The notes: generated by a model from the sequence alone, not told the origin. Shown: positions 7,680-16,076, counted from the first letter of the stretch. The stretch: DNA of 24,000 nucleotides from Acidimicrobiales bacterium (GCA_965276825.1 OZ255630.1:2812411-2836410); one strand, 5' to 3'. Numbers and translations are program-made.

Positions 7680-9133
7680 ACCTCGAGCTGGCCAAGACGG
7701 TGGCCGACGCCGTGCTCTACGAGGGTTACCTGCTGTACCCGTACCGCTCCACCTCGTCCAAGAACCAGGTGCGATGGCAGTTCGGGGTCCTCGGGCCTCC
7801 CGGTTCCTCCGAGGCCGGGTTCGGCGAGGCGTCGGCCCTGCACGCCGAGTGCCTGGTGCGCCCAGGGCCCGACGCCCGGGTGACCGTGCTCCTGCGCTTC
7901 CTGCAACTCCAGGCCCGCGGTGTGGAGCGGGCCGACCCGGCCGACCCGGACGGGTTCACCGCCGTCTCGCACCTGCGCGTCGGCGACGCCGACCTGCTGG
8001 CGTGGGACGAGGCCGTCGAGGGCAGCGTCGAGCTCGGCCCCTACGAGCTCTCCGACCTGGCCGCCGGGCTGGACACCACCGCGGAGGTCGCCGGTGGGCG
8101 GGAGGTCGAGCCCGCGATCGCGCCCGACGGCCGCGTGGCGGGCCGCGTGGTCCGGCGTCGGTGGCCCCTCGTGGCCGCCTTCCACCTCGAGGCCGTCGAG
8201 CTCCCCGCCGACGGCGCCGTGCGCCTGGTCGTGCAGGTCGACAACGCGCACCCCTCCTGCGCCGCGGACCGGGACGAGGCCACCAGGGTCTCGTTCCTCG
8301 GGGCCCACCTGCTGCTGCAGGCGGGCGACGCCGAGTTCGTCTCGCTGCTCGAGCCTCCCGACGGTCTGGCCGCGGCTGCGGCCGCCTGCCGGAACGAGCG
8401 GTGCTGGCCCGTGCTGACCGGCGTCGAGGGCGACACCGACCTCGTGCTGGCCTCCCCCATCATCCTCTACGACTACCCGGCGGTCGCCCCCGAGAGCGCA
8501 GGATCCCTCTTCGACTCGACGGAGATCGACGAGATCCTCACCCTGCGGGTGATGACCCTGACCGACGAGGAGAAGGCCGCCGCCCGGGCCACCGATCCGG
8601 CCGCCGCGGCCATCATCGACCGCTGCGAGGCCATGTCGCCCGAGGACATGCAGCAGCTGCACGGCGTGCTGCGCGACCCGCGGGCCATCCCGAGCGACGG
8701 GCTCGCCGCCGCCGGGCTGCGCAGCGACGGGTTCGCGGGCGGTGGCTTCCCTGACGGCCTCGACATCCCGACCCTGACCACCCCCGGGGAGGAGCCTGTG
8801 GCCCCCGGACCCGAGGCGCCGTGGTGGGATCCAGGCGTCGACGCCTCGGTGTCGCCCACCTCCGACGTGGTGGTCATCGACGGTGTGGCGGTCGGCAAGG
8901 GCAGCCAGGTGCGGCTGCACCCGCGGCGCCAGGCCGACGCCCAGGACCTGTTCTTCGCCGGCCAGACAGCCAAGGTCTCGGCCGTCTACTTCGACGTCGA
9001 CGGGTCCACCCACCTCGCCGTGGTCCTGGTCGACGACCCGGCCGCCGACCTGCACGAGTGGTACGGCCGGTACCTCTACTTCGCGCCCGACGAGGTCGAG
9101 CCGCTCGCCTCGCCCACGCACCGACCCAGATGA
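7676..9133 (+). CDS. Hydrogenase-cluster conserved protein of unknown function (two domains joined by an Ala/Gly/Pro linker)
   Basis: 485 aa. GTG 7676 overlaps the upstream TGA (GTGA). N-terminal VNLELAKTVADAVLYEGYLLYPYRSTSSKNQVRWQFGVLGP. Low-complexity linker around 8690-8830. C-terminal ~95-aa domain VVVIDGVAVGKGSQVRLHPRRQADAQDLFFAGQTAKVSAVYFDVDGSTHLAVVLVDD. Confidence 0.75.
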   Translation: MNLELAKTVADAVLYEGYLLYPYRSTSSKNQVRWQFGVLGPPGSSEAGFGEASALHAECLVRPGPDARVTVLLRFLQLQARGVERADPADPDGFTAVSHLRVGDADLLAWDEAVEGSVELGPYELSDLAAGLDTTAEVAGGREVEPAIAPDGRVAGRVVRRRWPLVAAFHLEAVELPADGAVRLVVQVDNAHPSCAADRDEATRVSFLGAHLLLQAGDAEFVSLLEPPDGLAAAAAACRNERCWPVLTGVEGDTDLVLASPIILYDYPAVAPESAGSLFDSTEIDEILTLRVMTLTDEEKAAARATDPAAAAIIDRCEAMSPEDMQQLHGVLRDPRAIPSDGLAAAGLRSDGFAGGGFPDGLDIPTLTTPGEEPVAPGPEAPWWDPGVDASVSPTSDVVVIDGVAVGKGSQVRLHPRRQADAQDLFFAGQTAKVSAVYFDVDGSTHLAVVLVDDPAADLHEWYGRYLYFAPDEVEPLASPTHRPR

Positions 9134-9158
9134 CGAGACGACAAGAGAGAGGAATGCC

Positions 9159-9278
9159 ATGCGAGCCATCGGCAGGTTGACCACGGTAGGGCTGCTCATC
9201 GCGATGGGGGTGGCCGCCTCCTTCGGCTGGAAGTCGCGCGGTGACCTCCAGCGCTACCTCAAGATGCGCAGCATGTGA
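9159..9278 (+). CDS. 39-aa single-pass membrane micro-protein
   Basis: ATG 9159 with GAGAGGA 6 nt upstream. MRAIGRLTTVGLLIAMGVAASFGWKSRGDLQRYLKMRSM has one hydrophobic helix followed by a basic tail. Its TGA overlaps the GTG of the protease gene (GTGA). Confidence 0.5.
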   Translation: MRAIGRLTTVGLLIAMGVAASFGWKSRGDLQRYLKMRSM

Positions 9279-9814
9279 CGGCGTCGGTGCACCCGTCGCG
9301 GACCCTGGTCGCCGGCGTCGGGAACATCTTCCTGAGCGACGACGGCTTCGGGTCCGAGGTGGCCCGACGTCTGTCCGGTTGCGCGGTGCCACCCGGTGTC
9401 AGCGTGACCGACTACGGCATCCGGGGCACCCACCTGGCCTACGACCTGCTGGCGGGCTACGACGCCCTGGTCCTCGTCGACACGGTCCCCGCCCGGGGGG
9501 AGGCCGGCCGCCTGCACGTCATCCAGGTCGAGGCCGACGACGTCGACGGCTCGGCCTTCGACCCCCACGGGATGGACCCCAACTCGATGCTGGCCAGCCT
9601 GCGCTCGCTCGGCGGGGTCCCCCCGCCGACCGTCGTCGTCGGCTGCGAGCCCGCCGTGCTCGACGAGGGCATCGGGCTCTCACCCGAGGTGAGCGACGCC
9701 GTCGGGCTCGCCGTCACCACGGTGCTCCGGCTGGTCGGCGCACCATCACCCGCACCGGGGACGATCCCCGGGAGAGGAGGACCGACATGTGCCTCGGCAT
9801 CCCCGGTCGAGTGA
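9275..9814 (+). CDS. Hydrogenase maturation endopeptidase (HyaD/HybD/HupD family)
   Basis: 179 aa. LVAGVGNIFLSDDGFGSEVA (GxGNxxxxDDGxG), LVLVD and FDPHGM supply the conserved Asp/Asp/His metal ligands of the family. The partner large subunit has a C-terminal extension. Confidence 0.85.
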   Translation: MTASVHPSRTLVAGVGNIFLSDDGFGSEVARRLSGCAVPPGVSVTDYGIRGTHLAYDLLAGYDALVLVDTVPARGEAGRLHVIQVEADDVDGSAFDPHGMDPNSMLASLRSLGGVPPPTVVVGCEPAVLDEGIGLSPEVSDAVGLAVTTVLRLVGAPSPAPGTIPGRGGPTCASASPVE

Positions 9815-10044
9815 CCGAGCTGGTCGCCGGCTACCACGACCAGATCGCCATGGTCGACGTGGTCGGGGCCACCCGCCAGATCAACGTCGGCATGCTGGAG
9901 CAGCCCGTCAGGCCGGGCGACTGGGTGATGATCCACCTCGGCTTCGCCGTGGAGGTGGTCGACCAGGCCGAGGCCGAGCGGGCCCTCTCCGGCCTCGAGA
10001 TGATGGGCCGTCCGAGACGGGACGAGCCCCAGGCCAGCGTGTGA
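9787..10044 (+). CDS. hypC: Hydrogenase assembly chaperone HypC/HupF family, copy 1
   Basis: 85 aa. ATG 9787 preceded by GGGAGAGGAGGA. N-terminal MCLGIPGRV with the essential Cys2. Overlaps the protease gene 3' end by 28 nt. Confidence 0.85.
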   Translation: MCLGIPGRVTELVAGYHDQIAMVDVVGATRQINVGMLEQPVRPGDWVMIHLGFAVEVVDQAEAERALSGLEMMGRPRRDEPQASV

Positions 10045-10820
10045 GCGCGCCCGCTGGCTCGATCCGCCCCTCCCCCCCGGCCGGCGACGTGCTCTTCGCC
10101 CGCTACGCCTACCCACCCAACCAGCTGGGCTACTGCGGACCCGGCGACGGGCGCGAGCTGCTCGAGCTGGCCGCGGGGGTCGGTGACGACGACGTCGCGG
10201 CGCGGGCCCCCCGCTTCGACGGGGCCTGGCCGTACCTCGAGGTCATCGCCTCGTCGACGGGCATCGACGACCCGCTCGACCCTCGCGTGGTGGAGGCCTA
10301 CTGGCTGGGCAGCGACCTGCTCGACGCCGTCGACGCGCGCGCATTCGCCGACATGGCCCGGCGAGCGTTTGCCGGCCAGGTCGGCGCGGAGTGGCACTGC
10401 CTCGACCCCTCCCAGCCGGTGCCGCCGACCCCGCACCACAGCTTCCACGTCCTCGCCATCTATCCGTGGATGGGCCTGCTCAGGTCGGGTCGGGGGGGAC
10501 CCGCCCTCACCGTCCTCGACCGGTGCCGCATCCGCTGGGGCCAGATCGTGACCGTCGGCCGGGAGCACGTGGAGGTGCGGAGCCAGCCCCTCACCTGGGA
10601 CGGACAGGTGCTCGGTCTGGGCGAGGAGCAGGTCGAGACGGCGCGGTGGGCCGACGCCGGCCGGTCGCTCTCGGCGCCAGTGGCGCCCGGTGAGTGGGTG
10701 TCGCTGCACTGGGACTGGGTGTGCGACCGGCTGACCCCGACCCAGCTCGACCATCTGCGCCACTTCACCGCCCGCCAGCTCGACCTGACCAACCGGACCG
10801 TGGCCACCGACCCCCGATGA
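10041..10820 (+). CDS. Hydrogenase-cluster conserved protein of unknown function
   Basis: 259 aa. GTG 10041 overlaps the hypC TGA (GTGA). FARYAYPPNQLGYCGPGDGRELLELAAG...HHSFHVLAIYPWMGLL...WVSLHWDWVCDRL. High GC3. No catalytic motif recognised. Confidence 0.7.
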   Translation: MSAPAGSIRPSPPAGDVLFARYAYPPNQLGYCGPGDGRELLELAAGVGDDDVAARAPRFDGAWPYLEVIASSTGIDDPLDPRVVEAYWLGSDLLDAVDARAFADMARRAFAGQVGAEWHCLDPSQPVPPTPHHSFHVLAIYPWMGLLRSGRGGPALTVLDRCRIRWGQIVTVGREHVEVRSQPLTWDGQVLGLGEEQVETARWADAGRSLSAPVAPGEWVSLHWDWVCDRLTPTQLDHLRHFTARQLDLTNRTVATDPR

Positions 10821-10871
10821 CCAGCGACCCGCGATGACCGCCGACCCGCGATGATCAGCGACCTCCCGACC
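10804..10871 (+). repeat. 17-bp tandem repeat x3 (plus a diverged 4th unit) spanning the stop/start junction in front of hypF
   Basis: Units are ccaccgacccccgATGA (10804-10820), ccagcgacccgcgATGA (10821-10837) and ccgccgacccgcgATGA (10838-10854). A diverged unit tcagcgacctcccgacc follows at 10855-10871. Each unit ends in an ATGA overlap. Confidence 0.9.
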
Positions 10872-13220
10872 GCGGGCACCCGCGCCGCGGTGCGCGTCCG
10901 GGTCACCGGGGTGGTCCAGGGGGTCGGCTTCCGTCCGTTCGTGCACCGCCTGGCCACCGAGCTCGGCCTCGACGGCACGGTGGGCAACGACACCAGCAGC
11001 GTGTTCGCCGAGCTCGAGGGCCCCGCCGCCCAGCTCGAGGCCTTCGTCGCCCGGCTGGGCGCCGAGGCCCCCCCGCTGGCGGCCATCGAGGCCGTGGAGG
11101 TGACGGACGCGGTGCCGGCGGGCCGGAGCGGCTTCCGGATCGTCGAGAGCCGCCCGGGCTCGGGTGCGGTGACACTGGTGTCGCCCGACATCGCGGTGTG
11201 CGACGCCTGCCTGGCCGAGATGCGGGACCCGACCAACCGCAGGTACCTCCATCCGTTCATCACCTGCACCGACTGCGGACCTCGTTTCACCATCACCCGG
11301 CGCCTGCCCTACGACCGCCCCGACACCACCATGCGGGGCTTTTCCCTCTGCTCCTCCTGCCGCGCCGAGTACGACGACCCGGCCGACCGGCGCTACCACG
11401 CCCAGCCCATCGGCTGCCACGACTGCGGGCCGGTGCTCACCTTCCGGCTCGGTGACGGGCCGACCTCCCGGCGGGGAGCGGCGCTCGACGCCGCCCGCCA
11501 CGCCCTGCGCAGCGGATCCATCCTCGCCGTCAAAGGCGTCGGCGGCTACCACCTGGTGTGCGACGCCACGTCGGACGCGGCGGTGGCGGAGCTGCGGCGC
11601 CGCAAGGGCCGCGCCGACAAGCCCCTGGCGGTGATGTGCGCCGATCTCCGCACCGCCGCCCAGCTGGGCGAGCTCGGAGACGACGAGATCGGTTGGCTGC
11701 GCTCACCGGCCCGTCCCATCGTGCTCGTCCGTGCCCGCCCCGGCGGGAGCCTGTCGCCGCTGGTGGCGCCGGGCAACCCGCTCGTCGGGCTGGTGCTGCC
11801 CTACACGCCGCTGCACCATCTGCTGTTCTCCGGCGCGGCGCCCGACGGAGCCGCCACAGCCGACGGAGCCGCGGCGCTCGACGGTGGAGAGGCGGCCCTC
11901 GGCCCGTTGGTGGTGACGAGCAGCAACCCGAGCGGCGAGCCCATCTGCTACCGCGACGACGGGCTGCTCGAGCGGATCGGCCACCTGGTCGACGGCGTGC
12001 TCGCCCACGACCGGCCCATCCACGTGCCCTGCGACGACTCAGTGGTGCGGGTCGCCGACGGCCGGCTCCTCCCGGTCCGTCGCTCCCGCGGCTACGCCCC
12101 CCTCCCGGTGCGCGTCCGGCCGTCCCCGCTCGACGTGCTGGCCGTCGGGGCCGAGCTCAAGAGTGCCTTCTGCGTGGCCACCGGCGAGTGGGCCTGGATG
12201 AGCCAGCACATCGGCGACATGGGCAACATCGAGACCCTCGACGCCTTCGAGCGGTCGGTCCGCCAGTTCTGCGAGCTGTACCGCGTGGAGCCGGCCGTCG
12301 TCGCCGTCGACTCCCATCCCGGTTACCTCAGCTCCCGGTGGGCCAGGTCCCGCTACCCCCACGCCGTCGTCGAGGTGCAGCACCACCACGCCCATGTCGC
12401 CTCGGTGATGGCCGAGCACGGCCTCGACCCCGACCGCGAGGTGATCGGCGTCGCCTTCGACGGCACCGGATACGGCGACGACGGCACGATCTGGGGTGGC
12501 GAGGTCCTCGAGGCGACCGCCGGCGGGTACCGCCGGGCCGCCCACCTGACCGCTGTGCCCCTCCCCGGCGGCGACGCCGCGGTCCGCCATCCCTGGCGCG
12601 TCGCCCTCAGCCATCTGCGCTCGGCCGGCGTCGCGTGGACACAAGACCTGCCACCCGTCCGCCAGGCCGGCGAGGTCGAGCTCGGGGTGCTGGCCCGACA
12701 GCTGTCGACGGGACTGGCCTGCGTGGCGACGACCAGCATGGGCAGGCTCTTCGACGCCGTCGCCTCGCTGCTCGGGCTCCGCCACGACGTCACGTACGAG
12801 GCCCAGGCGGCCATCGAGCTCGAGCACGTCGCCGCCGGCCACCTCGACGACGCCCCGGCCCTGGGCTTCGACGCGGGCAGGGACGGCGCCTACGACGCCG
12901 CCCCGGTGATCGCCGGGCTGGTCGCGGCGCGCCGGGGAGGGTCCACGGTCGGGGCGGCCGCCGCCGGGTTCCACCTCGCCGTCGCCGACCTGGTCGGGCG
13001 CGCCGCGGTGGCCAGCCGGGCGCGGACGGGCTCGTCGACGGTGGTCCTCTCCGGCGGCGTCTGGCAGAACACGCTGCTGAGCGGGCTGGCCGAGCGCCGC
13101 CTGCGCCACGATGGCTTCGAGGTCCTCACCCACCGGCTGGTGCCGCCCAACGACGGTGGCCTGGCCCTCGGTCAGTTGTACATTGCGGCTCACGGAGCCA
13201 CACCGACGAAGGAGGCCTGA
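10851..13220 (+). CDS. hypF: Carbamoyltransferase HypF
   Basis: 789 aa. Acylphosphatase-like N-terminus (VRVRVTGVVQGVGFRPFV). Two zinc-finger pairs (CDACLAEMRDPTNRRYLHPFITCTDCGPRFT and CSSCRAEYDDPADRRYHAQPIGCHDCGP). YrdC-like segment (LAVKGVGGYHLVCD) and a Kae1-like C-terminal domain. Confidence 0.95.
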   Translation: MISDLPTAGTRAAVRVRVTGVVQGVGFRPFVHRLATELGLDGTVGNDTSSVFAELEGPAAQLEAFVARLGAEAPPLAAIEAVEVTDAVPAGRSGFRIVESRPGSGAVTLVSPDIAVCDACLAEMRDPTNRRYLHPFITCTDCGPRFTITRRLPYDRPDTTMRGFSLCSSCRAEYDDPADRRYHAQPIGCHDCGPVLTFRLGDGPTSRRGAALDAARHALRSGSILAVKGVGGYHLVCDATSDAAVAELRRRKGRADKPLAVMCADLRTAAQLGELGDDEIGWLRSPARPIVLVRARPGGSLSPLVAPGNPLVGLVLPYTPLHHLLFSGAAPDGAATADGAAALDGGEAALGPLVVTSSNPSGEPICYRDDGLLERIGHLVDGVLAHDRPIHVPCDDSVVRVADGRLLPVRRSRGYAPLPVRVRPSPLDVLAVGAELKSAFCVATGEWAWMSQHIGDMGNIETLDAFERSVRQFCELYRVEPAVVAVDSHPGYLSSRWARSRYPHAVVEVQHHHAHVASVMAEHGLDPDREVIGVAFDGTGYGDDGTIWGGEVLEATAGGYRRAAHLTAVPLPGGDAAVRHPWRVALSHLRSAGVAWTQDLPPVRQAGEVELGVLARQLSTGLACVATTSMGRLFDAVASLLGLRHDVTYEAQAAIELEHVAAGHLDDAPALGFDAGRDGAYDAAPVIAGLVAARRGGSTVGAAAAGFHLAVADLVGRAAVASRARTGSSTVVLSGGVWQNTLLSGLAERRLRHDGFEVLTHRLVPPNDGGLALGQLYIAAHGATPTKEA

Positions 13221-13222
13221 CC

Positions 13223-13519
13223 ATGTGTCTCGCCGTACCCGGCCGGATCGTCGAGATCCGGGAAGAGCGCCAGAACCGCATGGCCACCATGGACTTCGAC
13301 GGCATCCGCAAGGACGTCTGCCTGGCCTACCTGCCCGACGCCGCCGTCGGTGACTACGCCATCGTGCACGTCGGCTTCGCCATCTCCAAGGTCGACGAGA
13401 CCGACGCCGTCGAGACGTTGGCCATGTTCCAGCAGCTCGGCACGCTCGAGGAGAACCTCGGAGGCGAGCCCCTCCCCCAGCCCGAGCCGGCCACCCAGTC
13501 CAACGGGAGGCCGGCGTGA
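13223..13519 (+). CDS. hypC: Hydrogenase assembly chaperone HypC/HupF family, copy 2
   Basis: 98 aa. ATG 13223 preceded by GAAGGAGG. N-terminal [12 protein letters not shown]. Pro/Glu-rich C-terminal tail. Confidence 0.85.
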   Translation: MCLAVPGRIVEIREERQNRMATMDFDGIRKDVCLAYLPDAAVGDYAIVHVGFAISKVDETDAVETLAMFQQLGTLEENLGGEPLPQPEPATQSNGRPA

Positions 13520-14637
13520 AGTACCTCGACGAGTTCCGCGATCCCGCGCTGGCCCGGCGCCTGTTCGACGAGATCGCCAGGATCACCACCCGTCACTGGG
13601 CGATTATGGAGGTGTGCGGCGGCCAGACCCACGCCATCATCCGCAACGGCATCGACCAGCTGCTGCCCGACGACGTCGAGCTGATCCACGGCCCCGGCTG
13701 CCCGGTGTGCGTCACCCCGCTCGGCATGATCGATAAGGCCCTCGACATCGCGGCGCGCCCCGGCGTGATCTTCTGCTCCTTCGGAGACATGCTGCGGGTG
13801 CCGGGCAGCCGGCGGGACCTCTTCGCCGTGAAGAGCGAGGGGGGCGACGTGCGGGTGGTGTACTCGCCGCTCGACGCCGTCCAGATCGCCGAGGACAACC
13901 CCGACCGCCAGGTGGTGTTCTTCGCCATCGGCTTCGAGACCACCGCCCCGGCCAACGCCATGGCCGTCCACCAGGCCGAGCAGCGGGGGCTCACCAACTT
14001 CTCCGTGCTGGTCAGCCATGTGCTGGTGCCGCCGGCCATCGAGGCCATCGTCACGTCGCCGACCAACCGGGTCGACGCCTTCCTGGCCGCCGGCCACGTC
14101 TGCTCGATCATGGGCACCTGGCAGTACGGCCCGCTCGTGGACGCCCACCGGATCCCGATCGTCATCACCGGCTTCGAGCCGCTCGACGTCCTCGAGGGGA
14201 TCCGCCGGGTCGTGGTGCAGCTCGAATCCGGCCGGGCCGAGATGGACAACGCCTACTCCCGGGTGGTCACCGAGGCCGGCAACGTGCCCGCCCAGCGCAT
14301 GCTGGCCGACGTGTTCGAGGTCTGCGACCGCCGCTGGCGGGGCATCGGCGAGATCCCGGCCAGTGGCTGGCGGCTGAGCGAGCGGTACCGCGACTTCGAC
14401 GCCGAGGCCCGCTTCGACGTCGACGACGTGGACGCTCCCGAGTCGACGCTGTGCCGCAGCGGCGAGGTCCTCCAGGGCCTCATCAAGCCCAACGAGTGCG
14501 AGGCGTTCGGCAAGGAGTGCACGCCGCGCAACCCGCTCGGGGCCACCATGGTCTCGAGCGAGGGGGCGTGCGCCGCCTACTACCAGTACCGCCGGCTCGA
14601 CGACGGGCCCGTGCCGGTGGAGCTCCGCGTTGGCTGA
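13516..14637 (+). CDS. hypD: Hydrogenase Fe(CN)2CO-assembly protein HypD
   Basis: 373 aa. GTG 13516 overlaps the hyp[13 protein letters not shown] start, [24 protein letters not shown] and a C-terminal Cys cluster (CRSGE...[10 protein letters not shown]...GACAAYY). Confidence 0.95.
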   Translation: MKYLDEFRDPALARRLFDEIARITTRHWAIMEVCGGQTHAIIRNGIDQLLPDDVELIHGPGCPVCVTPLGMIDKALDIAARPGVIFCSFGDMLRVPGSRRDLFAVKSEGGDVRVVYSPLDAVQIAEDNPDRQVVFFAIGFETTAPANAMAVHQAEQRGLTNFSVLVSHVLVPPAIEAIVTSPTNRVDAFLAAGHVCSIMGTWQYGPLVDAHRIPIVITGFEPLDVLEGIRRVVVQLESGRAEMDNAYSRVVTEAGNVPAQRMLADVFEVCDRRWRGIGEIPASGWRLSERYRDFDAEARFDVDDVDAPESTLCRSGEVLQGLIKPNECEAFGKECTPRNPLGATMVSSEGACAAYYQYRRLDDGPVPVELRVG

Positions 14638-15688
14638 GGCCCCCGACTTCGAGTCGTGGTCGTGTCCCGTGCCGCTGCGCGACCACGACCGGGTGGTGAT
14701 CGGCCACGGTGGTGGCGGCCGGCTGTCCGCCGAGCTGATCGAGCACCTGTTCCTCCCGGCGTTCGGCGTCGAGCCCTCCGACGTCCTCCACGACGCCGCG
14801 ACGGTCACCATCGGCGGCCAACGGGTCGCCTTCTCCACCGACTCCTACGTCGTGCGCCCGCTGTTCTTCCCCGGTGGCTCGATCGGGGAGCTGGCCGTCA
14901 ACGGCACGGTCAACGACGTGGCCATGGCCGGGGCCACGCCGGTGGCCCTTAGCAGCGGGTTCATCCTGGAGGAGGGTCTGCCCCTGGATGTGCTCGGTCG
15001 CGTGGCCACCGAGATGGGAAAGGCCTCGCAGCGTGCGGGGGTCAGGTTGGCGACGGGGGACACCAAGGTGGTCGACGCCGGCCTGGCCGACGGGCTGTAC
15101 ATCAACACCGCAGGGATCGGCCTGATCCCCGAGGGCGTCGACATCCGCCCGACGCGCGCCACCCCCGGCGACCGGGTGATCGTCAGCGGCCCCATCGGCC
15201 TGCACGGCGTGGCCGTGATGTCGCAGCGCGAGGGGCTCGAGTTCGGCACCGAGATCCGCTCCGACACCGCGCCGCTGGCCGAGCTGGTGGGGGTGATGCT
15301 CGCCGCCTGCCGCGACCTGCACGTGCTGCGCGACCCGACCCGCGGCGGCCTGGCCGCGTCGATGTGCGAGATCGCCACCGCCGGCGGCGTGGGCATCGAG
15401 TACGACGAGACCGCCGTACCGGTGCCTGCGGAGGTGGCCGCCGCGTGCTCGCTGCTCGGCCTCGATGCCATCAGCGTGGCCAACGAGGGCAAGCTCGTCG
15501 CCGTCGTCCCCGACTCGGCGGTCGACGCAGTGATGGCCGCCATGACGGCCCATCCCGACGGGCGTGGCGCCGTGGTGATCGGCCGCGTGACCGACGCCCA
15601 TCCCGGCGTGGTCGTCGCCCGCACCTCCTTCGGCGCCCGGCGCATCCTCGACCTGCCGCTCGGCGAGCAACTTCCCCGCATCTGCTAG
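14630..15688 (+). CDS. hypE: Carbamoyl dehydratase HypE
   Basis: 352 aa. AIR-synthase/PurM-like fold motifs (HGGGG, DSYVV, GDTKV) and the diagnostic C-terminal PRIC. The TTG 14630 start (8-nt overlap with hypD) is uncertain by a few codons; GTG 14669 is the alternative. Confidence 0.9.
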   Translation: MAEAPDFESWSCPVPLRDHDRVVIGHGGGGRLSAELIEHLFLPAFGVEPSDVLHDAATVTIGGQRVAFSTDSYVVRPLFFPGGSIGELAVNGTVNDVAMAGATPVALSSGFILEEGLPLDVLGRVATEMGKASQRAGVRLATGDTKVVDAGLADGLYINTAGIGLIPEGVDIRPTRATPGDRVIVSGPIGLHGVAVMSQREGLEFGTEIRSDTAPLAELVGVMLAACRDLHVLRDPTRGGLAASMCEIATAGGVGIEYDETAVPVPAEVAAACSLLGLDAISVANEGKLVAVVPDSAVDAVMAAMTAHPDGRGAVVIGRVTDAHPGVVVARTSFGARRILDLPLGEQLPRIC

Positions 15689-15743
15689 CAGCTAGCCGCC
15701 TGTCTCGGCTGGTTGTGGCCCAGATGGCCCACCACGCAGAGGA

Positions 15744-16076
15744 TCACGGCACCGGTGCAAGGGACGTGCCCCCACCAGGAGGTGCCTGCACCGGCAGGTT
15801 GTAGCCATTGACGTACACCTGGGGGGACACGCCCCGGCCACTTCGGAGCCACGACAAGGTGACTTCTCGGCGTTCGCCGGGCAGCAACCACAGGTAGTTG
15901 TCGCTGTAGATGGTGGGCAGGATCCGCTCCCCGGTAAACCGGTCGCGCAGGGACACGACCACCATGGTCGCGACCGAGCTGCCGTGGTTGGTGAGGGTGA
16001 CGGTCAAGGGGCCGATCGGCTCGGAGCGCCGCTGAGGGTCGGGTCGCTCCCCTCCAGCTGGCGGCGAGTGGCTCAT
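15744..16076 (-). pseudogene. C-terminal remnant of a glycoside hydrolase (GH2 beta-mannosidase/glucosaminidase-like Ig-fold tail)
   Basis: The 110-aa ORF contains LTVTLTNHGSSVATMVVVSLRDRFTGERILPTIYSDNYLWLLPGERREVTLSW...PQVYVNGYN, the pattern of the last beta-sandwich domain of large GH2-type enzymes. The several hundred aa of catalytic region are absent. The GNAT gene starts 14 nt beyond its 5' end. Confidence 0.45.

Noticed and set aside
7301-15670. Series of long minus-strand ORFs (7301..9199, 9831..11552, 12039..13589, 13354..14838, 14483..15670)
   Set aside because: All are antisense to well-supported plus-strand genes (hypF, hypD, hypE and others) and have junk-like composition. They are high-GC artefacts.
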